A DNA stretch of 34,479 nucleotides from a virus (Duplodnaviria > Caudoviricetes). The notes beneath the pieces were generated by a model. That model ran no database searches and was not told the origin of the DNA. It saw only the letters and a list, made by a program, of their open reading frames with translations. Of the stretch, positions 8,089 to 18,150 are shown one piece after another; within the stretch, counting starts at the first letter, position 1, and each line of letters starts with the position of its first letter. The DNA lies in IMG/VR virus record IMGVR_UViG_3300032266_001082, positions 1-34,479 of that record. The stretch is one strand, 5' to 3'. The position numbers and the translations under genes were made by a program.

Positions 8089-10773
8089 ATGGCAATTACA
8101 TTCCCTACTACTTTAGATCAGCTGTTAAATCCAACAGGCACTGATTCTGTTCAGCTTGTATCTCATGCCGATCAACACTCAAATGCCAATGATGCAATTG
8201 AGGCACTAGAGGCCAAACTTGGTGTTGATAACTCTACAAATCCAGCAACTATAGATTATAAGGTTCGAGATTTAATATCTAAGATTTATACCAATGAGAT
8301 GGCGCAAGATACAATTGCTGCCGCATTGGCCGCAGGAACACATGGCAATATAACAGTTAATTATAACGATGCTGCAAACTCATTAAGTTTAACCGCTACA
8401 TATGGCGATGAAGAGGTAATGGATGCAATTGCTACATCCCTAACTGCTGGCGGCGGAATTACAAAAGTATATAATGATGCAGCTAATACAATAACCATAT
8501 CAGTAGATACTACAGTTATAGCAACAAAACAGTATGTAGACACAGCAGTTTCTGGACTTTCAAATACAGCATCAACAACATATATTCCACTCTCCCTACT
8601 TGGAAATGTAGATGGAGTTGCACAACTTGATTCAAGCGGATTTGTTCCTGCTTCTCAATTAAACCTTGACGAAAAGATTCAAGATGTAGCAGCAAAATTA
8701 ATTACAGATGGAACTCACTATAATATAACTGTCTCATATGATGATACGGCTGCAAAACTAAACTTAAGTGCAAATTATGATAACGAAGAAGTTATAAGCG
8801 CAATTGCTACAGCATTGACTGCTGGAAATGGCATAACAAAAACTTATAACGAAATTCCAGCAAATTACATGGGCGATTATAACAATGGAATTGCGTACGC
8901 TTTAAATAGTGTTGTAAGTATCCCAGTTGGCAGTCCTTACGGCATTGTAGGTTCATATTTTATAAGATCAGGTAATCCAAGTAATCCAGGATATCCACCA
9001 ACACCAGGCGGAGCAACAAATGCTTCTTGGACTCTATACTCTTTTTCTAAAACAATAACCGTTGGAGTAGATACATCAGTTATTGCAGATAAAACATATG
9101 TAAATACAGCAATATCTAATTTAATTAATTCTGCCCCAGCAGTACTAGATACATTAAAAGAAATAGCGGATGCTTTAGGAAATGATGCAAATTTTGCAAC
9201 AACTATAACAACAGCCCTTGCTACTAAATTAAATATAACTACTGCTGCAAGTACATATGCAACAATTGCTAGCGATAACTTAAAGGCACCAATTGCTTCA
9301 CCAACATTTACAGGTACAGTTTCAGGCATTGATAAAACTATGGTTGGGTTGTCTAATGTAGACAATACAACAGATGCAAATAAACCAATTTCAACGGCAA
9401 CTCAAACAGCCCTTGATGCTAAGCTTTCTTCAGCAACAGCAGCAACAACATACCTTGCTCTTTCAGACACAGATGAAAGAATTCAAGATGTTGCTGGTGC
9501 AATGGTATCTGGCAATACAGAGCCTACTGGACTTTCTGTAACCTATGATGATCCTACGGGTAAATTAAACTTTGACATAACAACAGCAAATCTTCCAGGT
9601 TTTACAGAAGCTGCACAAGATTCAGCTGCTGCTTTGTTTACACATTCAGGACATACAAACGTAACAGCCACATATGATGACGTAGCAAATAAAATTAATC
9701 TTGCTGTTACAGCGCAATTAACACAAGAGGAAGCTCAGGATTATATAGCTCCTTTATTTACACACGGGCTAAACCCTAATATAACAGCTACCTATGATGA
9801 TGCTGCTAATAAATTAATATTAGAAACAATTATTCCTCCATCAAAAGCTATTATGTCTGCTTCTGCACCCACATCACCAGCAGATGGAACTTTTTGGTTT
9901 GATACGGATGAGTATAGAAGCGGAAACACCTGGGCACTAAAAGTTTGGCAAGCATCGACATCATCTTGGCAGTATGTAGCATCAGATCTTTCTTTATCTA
10001 CAACAAATACTTGGACATCAAAAAATACTTATACCAATGGTGTAATTATTGGACTAGATGCAGCGCCATCTTCACCAGTACATGGACAAATTTACTACAA
10101 CAAACCGTTAGATAAATTAAAAGTTTGGGATGGATTATTGTGGCAAGATATTCAAGGTTCAGGCGGCGGTGGAGGGTTAACATTAATTCCAACAGATGCT
10201 ACTGCTGCACCAAGTACATTCTTTGTTGGTTTAATTGCGCCACCAACGGGCGCAACAACAAATGGAGATCTTTGGATTGATGTTGATGATATTGATACTC
10301 CATTTAATCAATTTTATACAGGCGGAGTTTCTCCAGATCCAGCTCAATATGAATTTTGGGTAGATAACGCAGAACCAATTCAAGAATTAATTTATAGTGC
10401 TAATGAACCAACAACGCCTTCATACGCGGGAGAGCTTTGGATTGATACAGACGAATATGATGGAGCAATTGTAGAATTTAATACAACCGCTCCTAATCCA
10501 GCTAATGTTCAGCTATGGGTTGATTTAAATGAAAATGAATCTCCAAGCTATTATAAAGATTTATCATTTACTAACTATGCTACAGTTGCAGATTTTCCAG
10601 CAAACGCTGCAAATGGATTTGTTGCTTCGGATGCCGCAACTGGATTGGCCTATGTAAGAAGTCAGGGTCAATGGTTAGCAATAGTAACTTCATCAAATAT
10701 AAATACTATTATTTCTTCAAACTCAACAGTATTTGAAGATTTAAAGGCCTTAACCTGGATGGGATTTGAATAA
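8089..10773 (+). CDS. Long tail fibre protein
   Basis: Multiple QDxxAxxxxxGxHxNITxxYDDxxxKLxL repeats, a LINSAPxxLDTLKEIA module, a GLSNVDNT repeat and acidic C-terminal PxxxGxLWxD repeats. Confidence 0.8.
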   Translation: MAITFPTTLDQLLNPTGTDSVQLVSHADQHSNANDAIEALEAKLGVDNSTNPATIDYKVRDLISKIYTNEMAQDTIAAALAAGTHGNITVNYNDAANSLSLTATYGDEEVMDAIATSLTAGGGITKVYNDAANTITISVDTTVIATKQYVDTAVSGLSNTASTTYIPLSLLGNVDGVAQLDSSGFVPASQLNLDEKIQDVAAKLITDGTHYNITVSYDDTAAKLNLSANYDNEEVISAIATALTAGNGITKTYNEIPANYMGDYNNGIAYALNSVVSIPVGSPYGIVGSYFIRSGNPSNPGYPPTPGGATNASWTLYSFSKTITVGVDTSVIADKTYVNTAISNLINSAPAVLDTLKEIADALGNDANFATTITTALATKLNITTAASTYATIASDNLKAPIASPTFTGTVSGIDKTMVGLSNVDNTTDANKPISTATQTALDAKLSSATAATTYLALSDTDERIQDVAGAMVSGNTEPTGLSVTYDDPTGKLNFDITTANLPGFTEAAQDSAAALFTHSGHTNVTATYDDVANKINLAVTAQLTQEEAQDYIAPLFTHGLNPNITATYDDAANKLILETIIPPSKAIMSASAPTSPADGTFWFDTDEYRSGNTWALKVWQASTSSWQYVASDLSLSTTNTWTSKNTYTNGVIIGLDAAPSSPVHGQIYYNKPLDKLKVWDGLLWQDIQGSGGGGGLTLIPTDATAAPSTFFVGLIAPPTGATTNGDLWIDVDDIDTPFNQFYTGGVSPDPAQYEFWVDNAEPIQELIYSANEPTTPSYAGELWIDTDEYDGAIVEFNTTAPNPANVQLWVDLNENESPSYYKDLSFTNYATVADFPANAANGFVASDAATGLAYVRSQGQWLAIVTSSNINTIISSNSTVFEDLKALTWMGFE

Positions 10774-10779
10774 GCATTC

Positions 10780-10801
10780 TGGTATAATTTAGGATAGGAG
10801 G
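10780..10801 (+). promoter_or_regulatory. Extended -10 promoter (TGGTATAAT) and RBS
   Basis: Perfect TGn-TATAAT at 10780-10788, AGGAGG at 10796-10801 and ATG at 10810. Confidence 0.7.
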
Positions 10802-10809
10802 GTCATAAA

Positions 10810-11430
10810 ATGTCATTAAAAAGATGGAACGGTACTTCATGGGTTACCGTCGCTGGTTCAAGACCAGGACCCCAAGGTGCAACAGGACCTACAGGTTCTG
10901 CAGCAACTATTTCTGTAGGAACAGTATCAACTGTTGCAGCAGGAACTTCAGCAGCAGTTACAAATGGTGGAAGTTCATCAGCTGCAATATTTAATTTTCA
11001 AATTCCAGCAGGACCAACAGGTGCAGCAGGATCAGCAGGTGCACAAGGCGTGGCGGGACAAAGAGGTTCCTATACTTATACAGGAATTGCTAATCCAACA
11101 GGATCAAATCCAGCAAGTAAGTTAGGTTTAGATACATATCTAAATACAACATCTGGAGATTACTTTCAGTATAATTCTGGAACATCTACATGGGTACTTC
11201 AAGGAAACTTACGAGGCACAGCAGGAGCAACGGGTTCACAAGGTATCGCAGGCCCAACTGGTGCAACAGGACCAGCGGGAGAAACAGCAGTAAATAACGT
11301 ACTAAAACAATTAGCAGCATGGGAAGCAGACCAAATACTCAATCTTGGTGTATACTATCCAAAGTACCAATTCTTAACAAATATGTCACAAAACAATGCA
11401 ACACTTTTAGCAACAAGCATGATTTTCTAG
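10810..11430 (+). CDS. Collagen-like fibre protein
   Basis: Three G-X-Y tracts. An ATISVGTV...VTN.G...A.FNF module is shared with 26189..28555. Confidence 0.7.
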   Translation: MSLKRWNGTSWVTVAGSRPGPQGATGPTGSAATISVGTVSTVAAGTSAAVTNGGSSSAAIFNFQIPAGPTGAAGSAGAQGVAGQRGSYTYTGIANPTGSNPASKLGLDTYLNTTSGDYFQYNSGTSTWVLQGNLRGTAGATGSQGIAGPTGATGPAGETAVNNVLKQLAAWEADQILNLGVYYPKYQFLTNMSQNNATLLATSMIF

Positions 11431-11442
11431 GAGAAAAAAACT

Positions 11443-14400
11443 ATGGCAAGAAAAATTTTAAGTTTAACAAATCTTGTATTTGTACCAGCTACAGGCACAC
11501 TAACAATCCCTCAAATTATTCGTCGGGAAAAGCTGTTGTTGATTACCAACACAACATCTAATAAGATTGTTTATAATTTTGCCGACCCTTCTCTTGGACT
11601 CTATAGCCATACAATTAATAATGATTCAACCACACTCACAGATACCGCACATGGATCTACAACTCTTGTATTAAAATATGGTACATCATCAATGTCATCA
11701 ACAGATACTTTCCAAATTGTTTATGATGCAACAAATGAAAGTTTTGAGCCAGCCGAATTTATGGTGGATGCAGTAGGAAAGCTTCGCACAGCTAACCCTA
11801 AGTCTCTTATTGATACTGACTTTGAATATGGTATTCAGAACTCTAAGTGGGAAACACTTACAATGATTCAAAATTACCCAGGATTCTATGGAAGATCATC
11901 TGGAGGAAATGCATTAGATCTTCAGTTGTTAACAGGAAATGGAACAACTACATCGTCTAGATTTTCAACAATTACTGGAACATGTAATAGCCCACACGGA
12001 CTCAGCGCAGGAGATGTTATTTCTGTTCAAGAAACAACAAGTGATGCTGCAGACGGAACATTTTTAGTTACTCCAACATCATCTACTACTTTTACATATA
12101 CAGCAAAAGGTATTGTTACAGGAAGTATTCTAGACGGAACACTAACATCTATCTATGGTGGAGGCGTTTTTGATAATGCTCACATCATGGGTGGAATTGT
12201 TGGAAACTTAGGAGCATTTGCTGCAGTATCAGATCAAGCATCTCCTTCAAGAATTACAATTGTGTCACCAAAGCCACACGGACTTCTTCCAGGTACACCA
12301 ATTCTTATTACAGCAAAAGAAGGAAGCAATTTTAATGGTGGTTTCTTTATTGATACAGTAGATACACCAAACTCAATGTCATTTTTAGCGGCAAGTCAAA
12401 TAAACAATCCAATTAATACAACAGACCAAGCCGTTTATGCTAAACCAGAAGGTTATGTAAACCATAGACCACATGATGGTGGAGTTATTCTTTCAACAGG
12501 AAATAACGTTTGCGGAACACAAACAATGCGTCAAACACGTAGATATTTTAGATATCAGTCAGGTAAATCAATTCAATTTTCAACAGGTACAAAATTTACA
12601 CCAACTTTTCAAGTAGAATATATTGCAGCTAATGGAATTGTTCCAGGCTCAACAGATATTACAGTAACAACAAATTCTTCTCACAACTTACAACCAGGTG
12701 CGTATGTAAAGATTGATGGCGTAGAAGTTTCAGGATCATATAATCCATTTAATGGCATTTATCTTGTGACAGCTGTTATTGATCAAACAACATTTAAATA
12801 TAACGTGGTATTTACAAATACACTATCAGCAATTGATCAAATTCCAGGTGGAGTCAATGTATTCTGTACAGCATACATTTGGAAGGGTGCTTCAACAAGA
12901 GCAGGCCTTTATTCAGAACAAGACGGATTCTTTTTTGAATATGATGGACAAGGAGTTTATTGCTGTCGTCAATGGGCTACTAATACGCTCAGAGGAGATA
13001 TTGCAGTAATTAAATATAATTCAACCATCACTGGAACGGGTACAATATTTAGAAAGCAATTAGTTTCAGGAGATAAGATTGTGATTCGTGGACAAACTTA
13101 TAGAGTTATTCAAATTGCATCAGATACCTCTATGACAATTGCACCAGCTTATCGTGGAGCATCTCAGTCATCAGTTAAAGCTCGTAAAGTACAAATTATT
13201 AAAATTCCACAATCACAATGGATTCTTGATAAATTTGATGGAACTGGTGCTTCGGGACATAAGTTTGACCCATCAAAAATGCAGATGACATACATTGATT
13301 ACTCATGGTATGGAGCTGGAACAATTAGATATGGTTTCAGAGGTCAAGGCGGTAAGATTACTTGGGTTCATGAAATTTCAAATAATAATAATAATTTTGC
13401 AGCATATCAAAGATCAGGTAACTTGCCTGCTAGATACGAAGCAATTAACGAGCCAACAAAGTTTTCAAAGCTAGTAGCAGGCGGAACGGCAGTAAGAGGC
13501 TCAAATCTTCTTCCACAAGATACAGTTATGTATGTTGACAATGTTGATTACTGGCCAGCAAATGGTTATATTAGAATTCAAGATGAAAACTATGTAGAAA
13601 TTGCAAAATACACATCTATTGGAGCATATAATCAAACAGCAAAGGGATGGGCTATGAATTTAATTCGTAGACAGCCATACTTAACATATTATTCAGGTGC
13701 AGCGTATAGCCTTAACGGAACATATGTATCTGCAACATTTAGACCAGATGCAACAATTCCTGGAGGTTCAGGTTCTGCTCAGGTTTCAGTACAAGTTATT
13801 TCTCAAGAATGTGCTCCTGTAATGAGCCACTGGGGATCTTCAGTAATTATGGATGGAGGCTTTGATGATGATGCTTCCTTTATCTTTACGGCTGGTATGC
13901 AGCGTTATTTGCAGGTCGGTGGTTCTGGATCGGTTTCAGCAACTATTGTTTCAAGAGTAAGAACATCAGGAGTTGCAACAATTACAACTTCAGCACCTCA
14001 CTCATTGCTTGCAGGATATAATGCAACAATATCAGGTGTAGATGATATTTCAGTAATTACATATAAGCAGCTTACATCAAATACAGCAAGCTTGACAACA
14101 TCTGTTGCCCACAAGCACAGAGCTGGTCAAACAGTTACAATTTCTGGAGTAGATTCAGTATTTAATGGAACATATACAATTACTGGAACTACCTCTACAA
14201 CAATTCTTTATACAAAATCATCAGTAAATATTCCATTCCAGTCAGCAACTGGAGCAGCGCTTACATCAAGTTATTTTAACGGGACATTCCTTATAAGCTC
14301 TGTAGGTTCAAATACAATTTCATATGCAGTTGCACAGGCAGACGAAGCATCACAGTCAGTTAACCCTAACGGTGCAATTGTTCAAACATTTGGTGCTACA

Positions 14401-14943
14401 CAGCAGGCACGTCCTCTAATTTCTCTTAGAGTGGCACCTTCTGTAGATAATGGTACAGGGCGTAACTTTGGTCTTCGTGAACTATCAAATAACATGCAGC
14501 TAAAACTCTTTAACATTAACGTTCTTTCTCAGGGACAGTTCTTGATTGAAGGAATTTTGAATGCACAGTCACTTAACGGTGTATCAATTCCAGATGCATG
14601 GGCAAATAACAGAGTAGGTTCAGGATCACTAGCTCAAATTATTTATCACGATGGAACAGGAACAACAGGTTCCCCAGTTCTCTCTCCTACAAATACAGTT
14701 TCTGGAGGTGACCGTGTGTTTGCATTCTACACAGATAACGCTGGTGGTACTAACTACTCAGTTACTCGTGTAGATCTTATAAAGGCTCGTGACTTAGGAA
14801 ACTCAATTCTAAATGGAGATGGAAGTACGGCTTGTCCAGGTTTTCCAAATGCTCCAGATATTTTGACAATTCTTGCAACCAACCTTGGTTCATCAGCGGC
14901 TAATATTTCAGCTACTCTATCATGGACAGAAGCGCAGGCGTAA
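11443..14943 (+). CDS. Large virion structural protein with repeated small beta domains (E1-FCCH-like HGLxxG repeats)
   Basis: AGGAG RBS. Motifs LLLITN...IVYNFAD, DAVGKLR...SLIDTDFEYG.Q..KWE and QTRRYFRYQSGK resemble structural proteins of large aquatic phages. Five H.L..G..V.I..V...NG.F-type repeats. Confidence 0.7.
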   Translation: MARKILSLTNLVFVPATGTLTIPQIIRREKLLLITNTTSNKIVYNFADPSLGLYSHTINNDSTTLTDTAHGSTTLVLKYGTSSMSSTDTFQIVYDATNESFEPAEFMVDAVGKLRTANPKSLIDTDFEYGIQNSKWETLTMIQNYPGFYGRSSGGNALDLQLLTGNGTTTSSRFSTITGTCNSPHGLSAGDVISVQETTSDAADGTFLVTPTSSTTFTYTAKGIVTGSILDGTLTSIYGGGVFDNAHIMGGIVGNLGAFAAVSDQASPSRITIVSPKPHGLLPGTPILITAKEGSNFNGGFFIDTVDTPNSMSFLAASQINNPINTTDQAVYAKPEGYVNHRPHDGGVILSTGNNVCGTQTMRQTRRYFRYQSGKSIQFSTGTKFTPTFQVEYIAANGIVPGSTDITVTTNSSHNLQPGAYVKIDGVEVSGSYNPFNGIYLVTAVIDQTTFKYNVVFTNTLSAIDQIPGGVNVFCTAYIWKGASTRAGLYSEQDGFFFEYDGQGVYCCRQWATNTLRGDIAVIKYNSTITGTGTIFRKQLVSGDKIVIRGQTYRVIQIASDTSMTIAPAYRGASQSSVKARKVQIIKIPQSQWILDKFDGTGASGHKFDPSKMQMTYIDYSWYGAGTIRYGFRGQGGKITWVHEISNNNNNFAAYQRSGNLPARYEAINEPTKFSKLVAGGTAVRGSNLLPQDTVMYVDNVDYWPANGYIRIQDENYVEIAKYTSIGAYNQTAKGWAMNLIRRQPYLTYYSGAAYSLNGTYVSATFRPDATIPGGSGSAQVSVQVISQECAPVMSHWGSSVIMDGGFDDDASFIFTAGMQRYLQVGGSGSVSATIVSRVRTSGVATITTSAPHSLLAGYNATISGVDDISVITYKQLTSNTASLTTSVAHKHRAGQTVTISGVDSVFNGTYTITGTTSTTILYTKSSVNIPFQSATGAALTSSYFNGTFLISSVGSNTISYAVAQADEASQSVNPNGAIVQTFGATQQARPLISLRVAPSVDNGTGRNFGLRELSNNMQLKLFNINVLSQGQFLIEGILNAQSLNGVSIPDAWANNRVGSGSLAQIIYHDGTGTTGSPVLSPTNTVSGGDRVFAFYTDNAGGTNYSVTRVDLIKARDLGNSILNGDGSTACPGFPNAPDILTILATNLGSSAANISATLSWTEAQA

Positions 14944-14946
14944 AAA

Positions 14947-15615
14947 ATGCCAGACTATTCATCACTAAGTACTCAAATAACACAGTTTAAAACAGCTGCA
15001 ACTACTTTAATGAATAGTGGGTCATTGACTGCAAATGATCTTCAATTAGTAGGAGCAGCATTAAACTCAATGTCTAACACACTTGGGGTAGCAGATGTAA
15101 ATAATTCTGTTGTTGATGGGCAGGCAACTATTAATTCTACAAGAGATGCGGCAATTACAGCATTTAATACAAGCACTAATGGTACAAGATTAACAACAGC
15201 AGAATCAAATATAACAACACTTCAGGGTAAAGTTACCAATATTGAAGGATTTGTTTCTACAAATGGGGCTCAATATACAACACTTCAATCTACGGTTTCT
15301 GGTCTCCAGTCGTCTTTATCAACAGTTCCGTCCTCGTGGAAAATTATTACATCAACATATACAGCTTCTAATAATGATAGATTAATGGTTCAAGCAGCTA
15401 CATCTGGTTTAGTAATAACATTGCCACTAAATCCTACCCTGGGGTACACAGTTGAATTTGTAGATGCTTTAGGAACTGCAGCAACAACTAACTTTACAAT
15501 TGCAAGAAATTCACAAAATATACAGGGAGTTGCACAAAATCTTGTATATAACGTAAATGGTTCTTATATAAGACTAATCTATGTAGATGCAACAAGAGGG
15601 TGGACAAGAGCATAA
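14947..15615 (+). CDS. Fibre/adaptor protein: MPDY-type N-terminus, coiled coil, baseplate gp9/gp10-like C-terminal domain
   Basis: The N-terminus is paralogous to 21379..21711. Heptad segment followed by ITLPLNPTLG..VEFVD...TIARN...I.G...LIYVDATRGW. Confidence 0.65.
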   Translation: MPDYSSLSTQITQFKTAATTLMNSGSLTANDLQLVGAALNSMSNTLGVADVNNSVVDGQATINSTRDAAITAFNTSTNGTRLTTAESNITTLQGKVTNIEGFVSTNGAQYTTLQSTVSGLQSSLSTVPSSWKIITSTYTASNNDRLMVQAATSGLVITLPLNPTLGYTVEFVDALGTAATTNFTIARNSQNIQGVAQNLVYNVNGSYIRLIYVDATRGWTRA

Positions 15616-15992
15616 TGGCAAACTTAAGCGACATACTTGCAGATACCAGTGTTAAAACAGGCATTGATCTTCAAACTTATAAAACTGGAAGACGTGATCT
15701 AGGCACAGTAAGCGGTGCAGTAAATCTAGATCTTTCTTTATCAAATGATTTTACAGCAACAGTAAATGCAAATACCACTTTTACAATTACAAACTGTCCA
15801 TCAACTGGAGTTGTAGGCTTTTCTTTACAACTAAATGGTGGCGGATCATACACAATAACATTTGCAAATGGAAGATACCCATCAGCAACAGCACCAGCCT
15901 TAACATCAGGGGGAATTGATGTTATAACATTTATCACTTACGATAATGGAACTAACTGGCGTGGAACTCTAGCAATGAAGGATTCAAGATAA
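15615..15992 (+). CDS. Tail-fibre connector-like beta protein
   Basis: Start moved to the ATG at 15615 (TAATG overlap). Paralogous to 24558..24995 (GGSYTIT...P.L...F.T.D.GT). Confidence 0.65.
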   Translation: MANLSDILADTSVKTGIDLQTYKTGRRDLGTVSGAVNLDLSLSNDFTATVNANTTFTITNCPSTGVVGFSLQLNGGGSYTITFANGRYPSATAPALTSGGIDVITFITYDNGTNWRGTLAMKDSR

Positions 15993-16492
15993 TGTACGCA
16001 CAAGTTATAGACAATAAAATTACTCAAGTTATAGATGAGGCTTCGTTAAGAGAGCTTTATCCATCAACACATTTTCCAGCAACAATTACTCAATCATCTT
16101 TAGAAGGATTTGATAATTGGTATGTTATTGAAGATAACAATGTTTTGCCAGAGTTTGACAAAGCATCTGAAAAATTAGAATTTACTAGAGCATTTAATGG
16201 AACATCAGTTGTGGGTCAATACTCAGCTGTTAAACTTTCAGCTGGAGAAAAAACAGCAGCAAAAGAATCAAGAAAAAGTGAAGTTAGATATCACAGAGAT
16301 AATACTTTAAACGCAACAGATTATCTTATGACATCAGACCTATTTAATTCATTTTCAGCAACAGATCAAAAAAAGATAGTTGAATATAGAAAAGCTTTAA
16401 GAGATTTAACAAATCAAGCAGATCCATTTAACATTACTTGGCCATCACTTGATATTGAATCGGTTACTCTAAGATATAAAGTAGAGATCTAA
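15992..16492 (+). CDS. Tail fibre assembly chaperone-like protein
   Basis: C-terminal VRYHRDNTLNATDY...YRKALRDL...ITWP motif typical of tail-fibre assembly chaperones. Paralogous to 25014..25457. Confidence 0.75.
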   Translation: MYAQVIDNKITQVIDEASLRELYPSTHFPATITQSSLEGFDNWYVIEDNNVLPEFDKASEKLEFTRAFNGTSVVGQYSAVKLSAGEKTAAKESRKSEVRYHRDNTLNATDYLMTSDLFNSFSATDQKKIVEYRKALRDLTNQADPFNITWPSLDIESVTLRYKVEI

Positions 16493-17406
16493 TGCCGTTT
16501 CCGCCAGCCAGATATGCTACTCAAGCAGGAGCAAAATCTTTTTTTCTAAGACAAATTATTACAAAGGGTTACGTACTTGCGGGTTACAGAAATAGTCAGC
16601 CTTGGTCAAGTGTTAATGAAGTTACGCATTCAACCGATACAACAATTGATTTAGGATCTCCTTTAAATAATAGTACCTCCTATCCAGGCGGGATGTGTGA
16701 TGATACATTTGCCTATGTTCTTAAAGCAAACAATACTGTTGGCGGAACAGGCACTCAAACAAATAAATATAACATGAGAACAAACTCATCTATTGTTGGC
16801 CCCAGCTCTCCTTATAACGTAGGAAATGCAGGAACACTTATGCATCAAGAACAACTATATGCTTATGGAAAACCAGCAGATGGATCTGCAGCAATTATGA
16901 AATTTAATTTTACAACACAGTCTTGGATGAGCTCTTTAGGTGCTGCTTATGGAAATAATAGCCAAACAATGTCAGCTTTTTATCACGAGAAGTATGGATA
17001 TCATTATGGAGATGATAATGGAGTTAGATTAACATTTGCAACAGAAACTCAAGCTAACTCTCCATGCAATGGTGTACACGGACAACAAAAAGCAATTTCT
17101 TCAAAGCTAACTTATGTCTATGCAGGAAATGAAGGCAACTACTCTGGCGGATACAATCTAAGAAGATTTAATGTTGTTACAGAAACAAACGTGGGTACCG
17201 TAACAAAGCCTATTGGAAATTGCGGAGAAGAAGATTTTGATATGGGCCAAAACCAACAGTACATGCTCGGAAACTACAATGGAGAGCAAAATAATAGGTC
17301 TTGGAGATTTAATTACGCAACAGACAGCGGATACGAAGGCGGATCAGGAATGCAGTCTAAGGGAGTTCCAGGCAGAAGTTCTGCCCAATCGGCATACCGA
17401 TCATAA
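16492..17406 (+). CDS. Kelch-like six-bladed beta-propeller, putative fibre tip
   Basis: About six repeats of xxY(V/M)xG...(R/K)F(N/T)xxT(D/E)(T/S). Coupled by TAATG to the chaperone gene. Confidence 0.65.
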   Translation: MPFPPARYATQAGAKSFFLRQIITKGYVLAGYRNSQPWSSVNEVTHSTDTTIDLGSPLNNSTSYPGGMCDDTFAYVLKANNTVGGTGTQTNKYNMRTNSSIVGPSSPYNVGNAGTLMHQEQLYAYGKPADGSAAIMKFNFTTQSWMSSLGAAYGNNSQTMSAFYHEKYGYHYGDDNGVRLTFATETQANSPCNGVHGQQKAISSKLTYVYAGNEGNYSGGYNLRRFNVVTETNVGTVTKPIGNCGEEDFDMGQNQQYMLGNYNGEQNNRSWRFNYATDSGYEGGSGMQSKGVPGRSSAQSAYRS

Positions 17407-17421
17407 TAGATAGGAAATAAA

Positions 17422-18150
17422 ATGAGATACATAAACGATATAACATCGGATGTTTCTAATTACACAAAATCACAAAAAGATATTCTTCTTTACGCTACAA
17501 ATAGACACTGGGGCACTCCAACATTCAAAATAGATAATTTTGTTGGTGGATCACAATTTACTCCTTTTGGAAAATTAAGACAGCTTCTTTTAGAGCTTGG
17601 GTCAAGAGAAACAATGATTGTAGAGCAAGAGCTTAAAATAGAAAGAGTTAAGCTAGAAATTGAACTAGAAAAAGAAAGAATTAGTTTTAGCACTTCTCCT
17701 ATAGAAATAAAAATTCATGAACTTAATATTAAAGAAAAAGAAAGAACTCTTTTAAATCAAAAAAATGGAGTTAGCTTAGTATACGAAGAACGAGATAAGT
17801 ATATGATGTTAATTGAGAAATTTAATAATTCTGAAGAGGGAAAACTTCCAGATGGTCGTCAGATTATGGATATCATTGGGAATTATGAAGAAGAAGAAAG
17901 ACTTGAAGCAGAGCTTTGGGGAATCAGGCTTGGGGCACAGGCAGCTTATGATTTAATGTTTTACGGAAGAGTAAATGGCGGAAATATGGAAGCAATTGAT
18001 CAGCTACCAAAAGAGATTAGAGAAATAGCCCTAGAAACTGCAGTAACTAAAGCAATTGAAACTAACAAACATTTAGATGTCCTTCAAATAGAAACTAGAA
18101 AGAGATTAGAATTATCTGACTCAGAAAACGGTCTTTGGGAAGAAGTTTAA
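17422..18150 (+). CDS. Coiled-coil hypothetical protein
   Basis: AGGA RBS; Glu/Lys/Leu-rich heptads after TPFGKLRQLLLEL. Confidence 0.7.
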   Translation: MRYINDITSDVSNYTKSQKDILLYATNRHWGTPTFKIDNFVGGSQFTPFGKLRQLLLELGSRETMIVEQELKIERVKLEIELEKERISFSTSPIEIKIHELNIKEKERTLLNQKNGVSLVYEERDKYMMLIEKFNNSEEGKLPDGRQIMDIIGNYEEEERLEAELWGIRLGAQAAYDLMFYGRVNGGNMEAIDQLPKEIREIALETAVTKAIETNKHLDVLQIETRKRLELSDSENGLWEEV

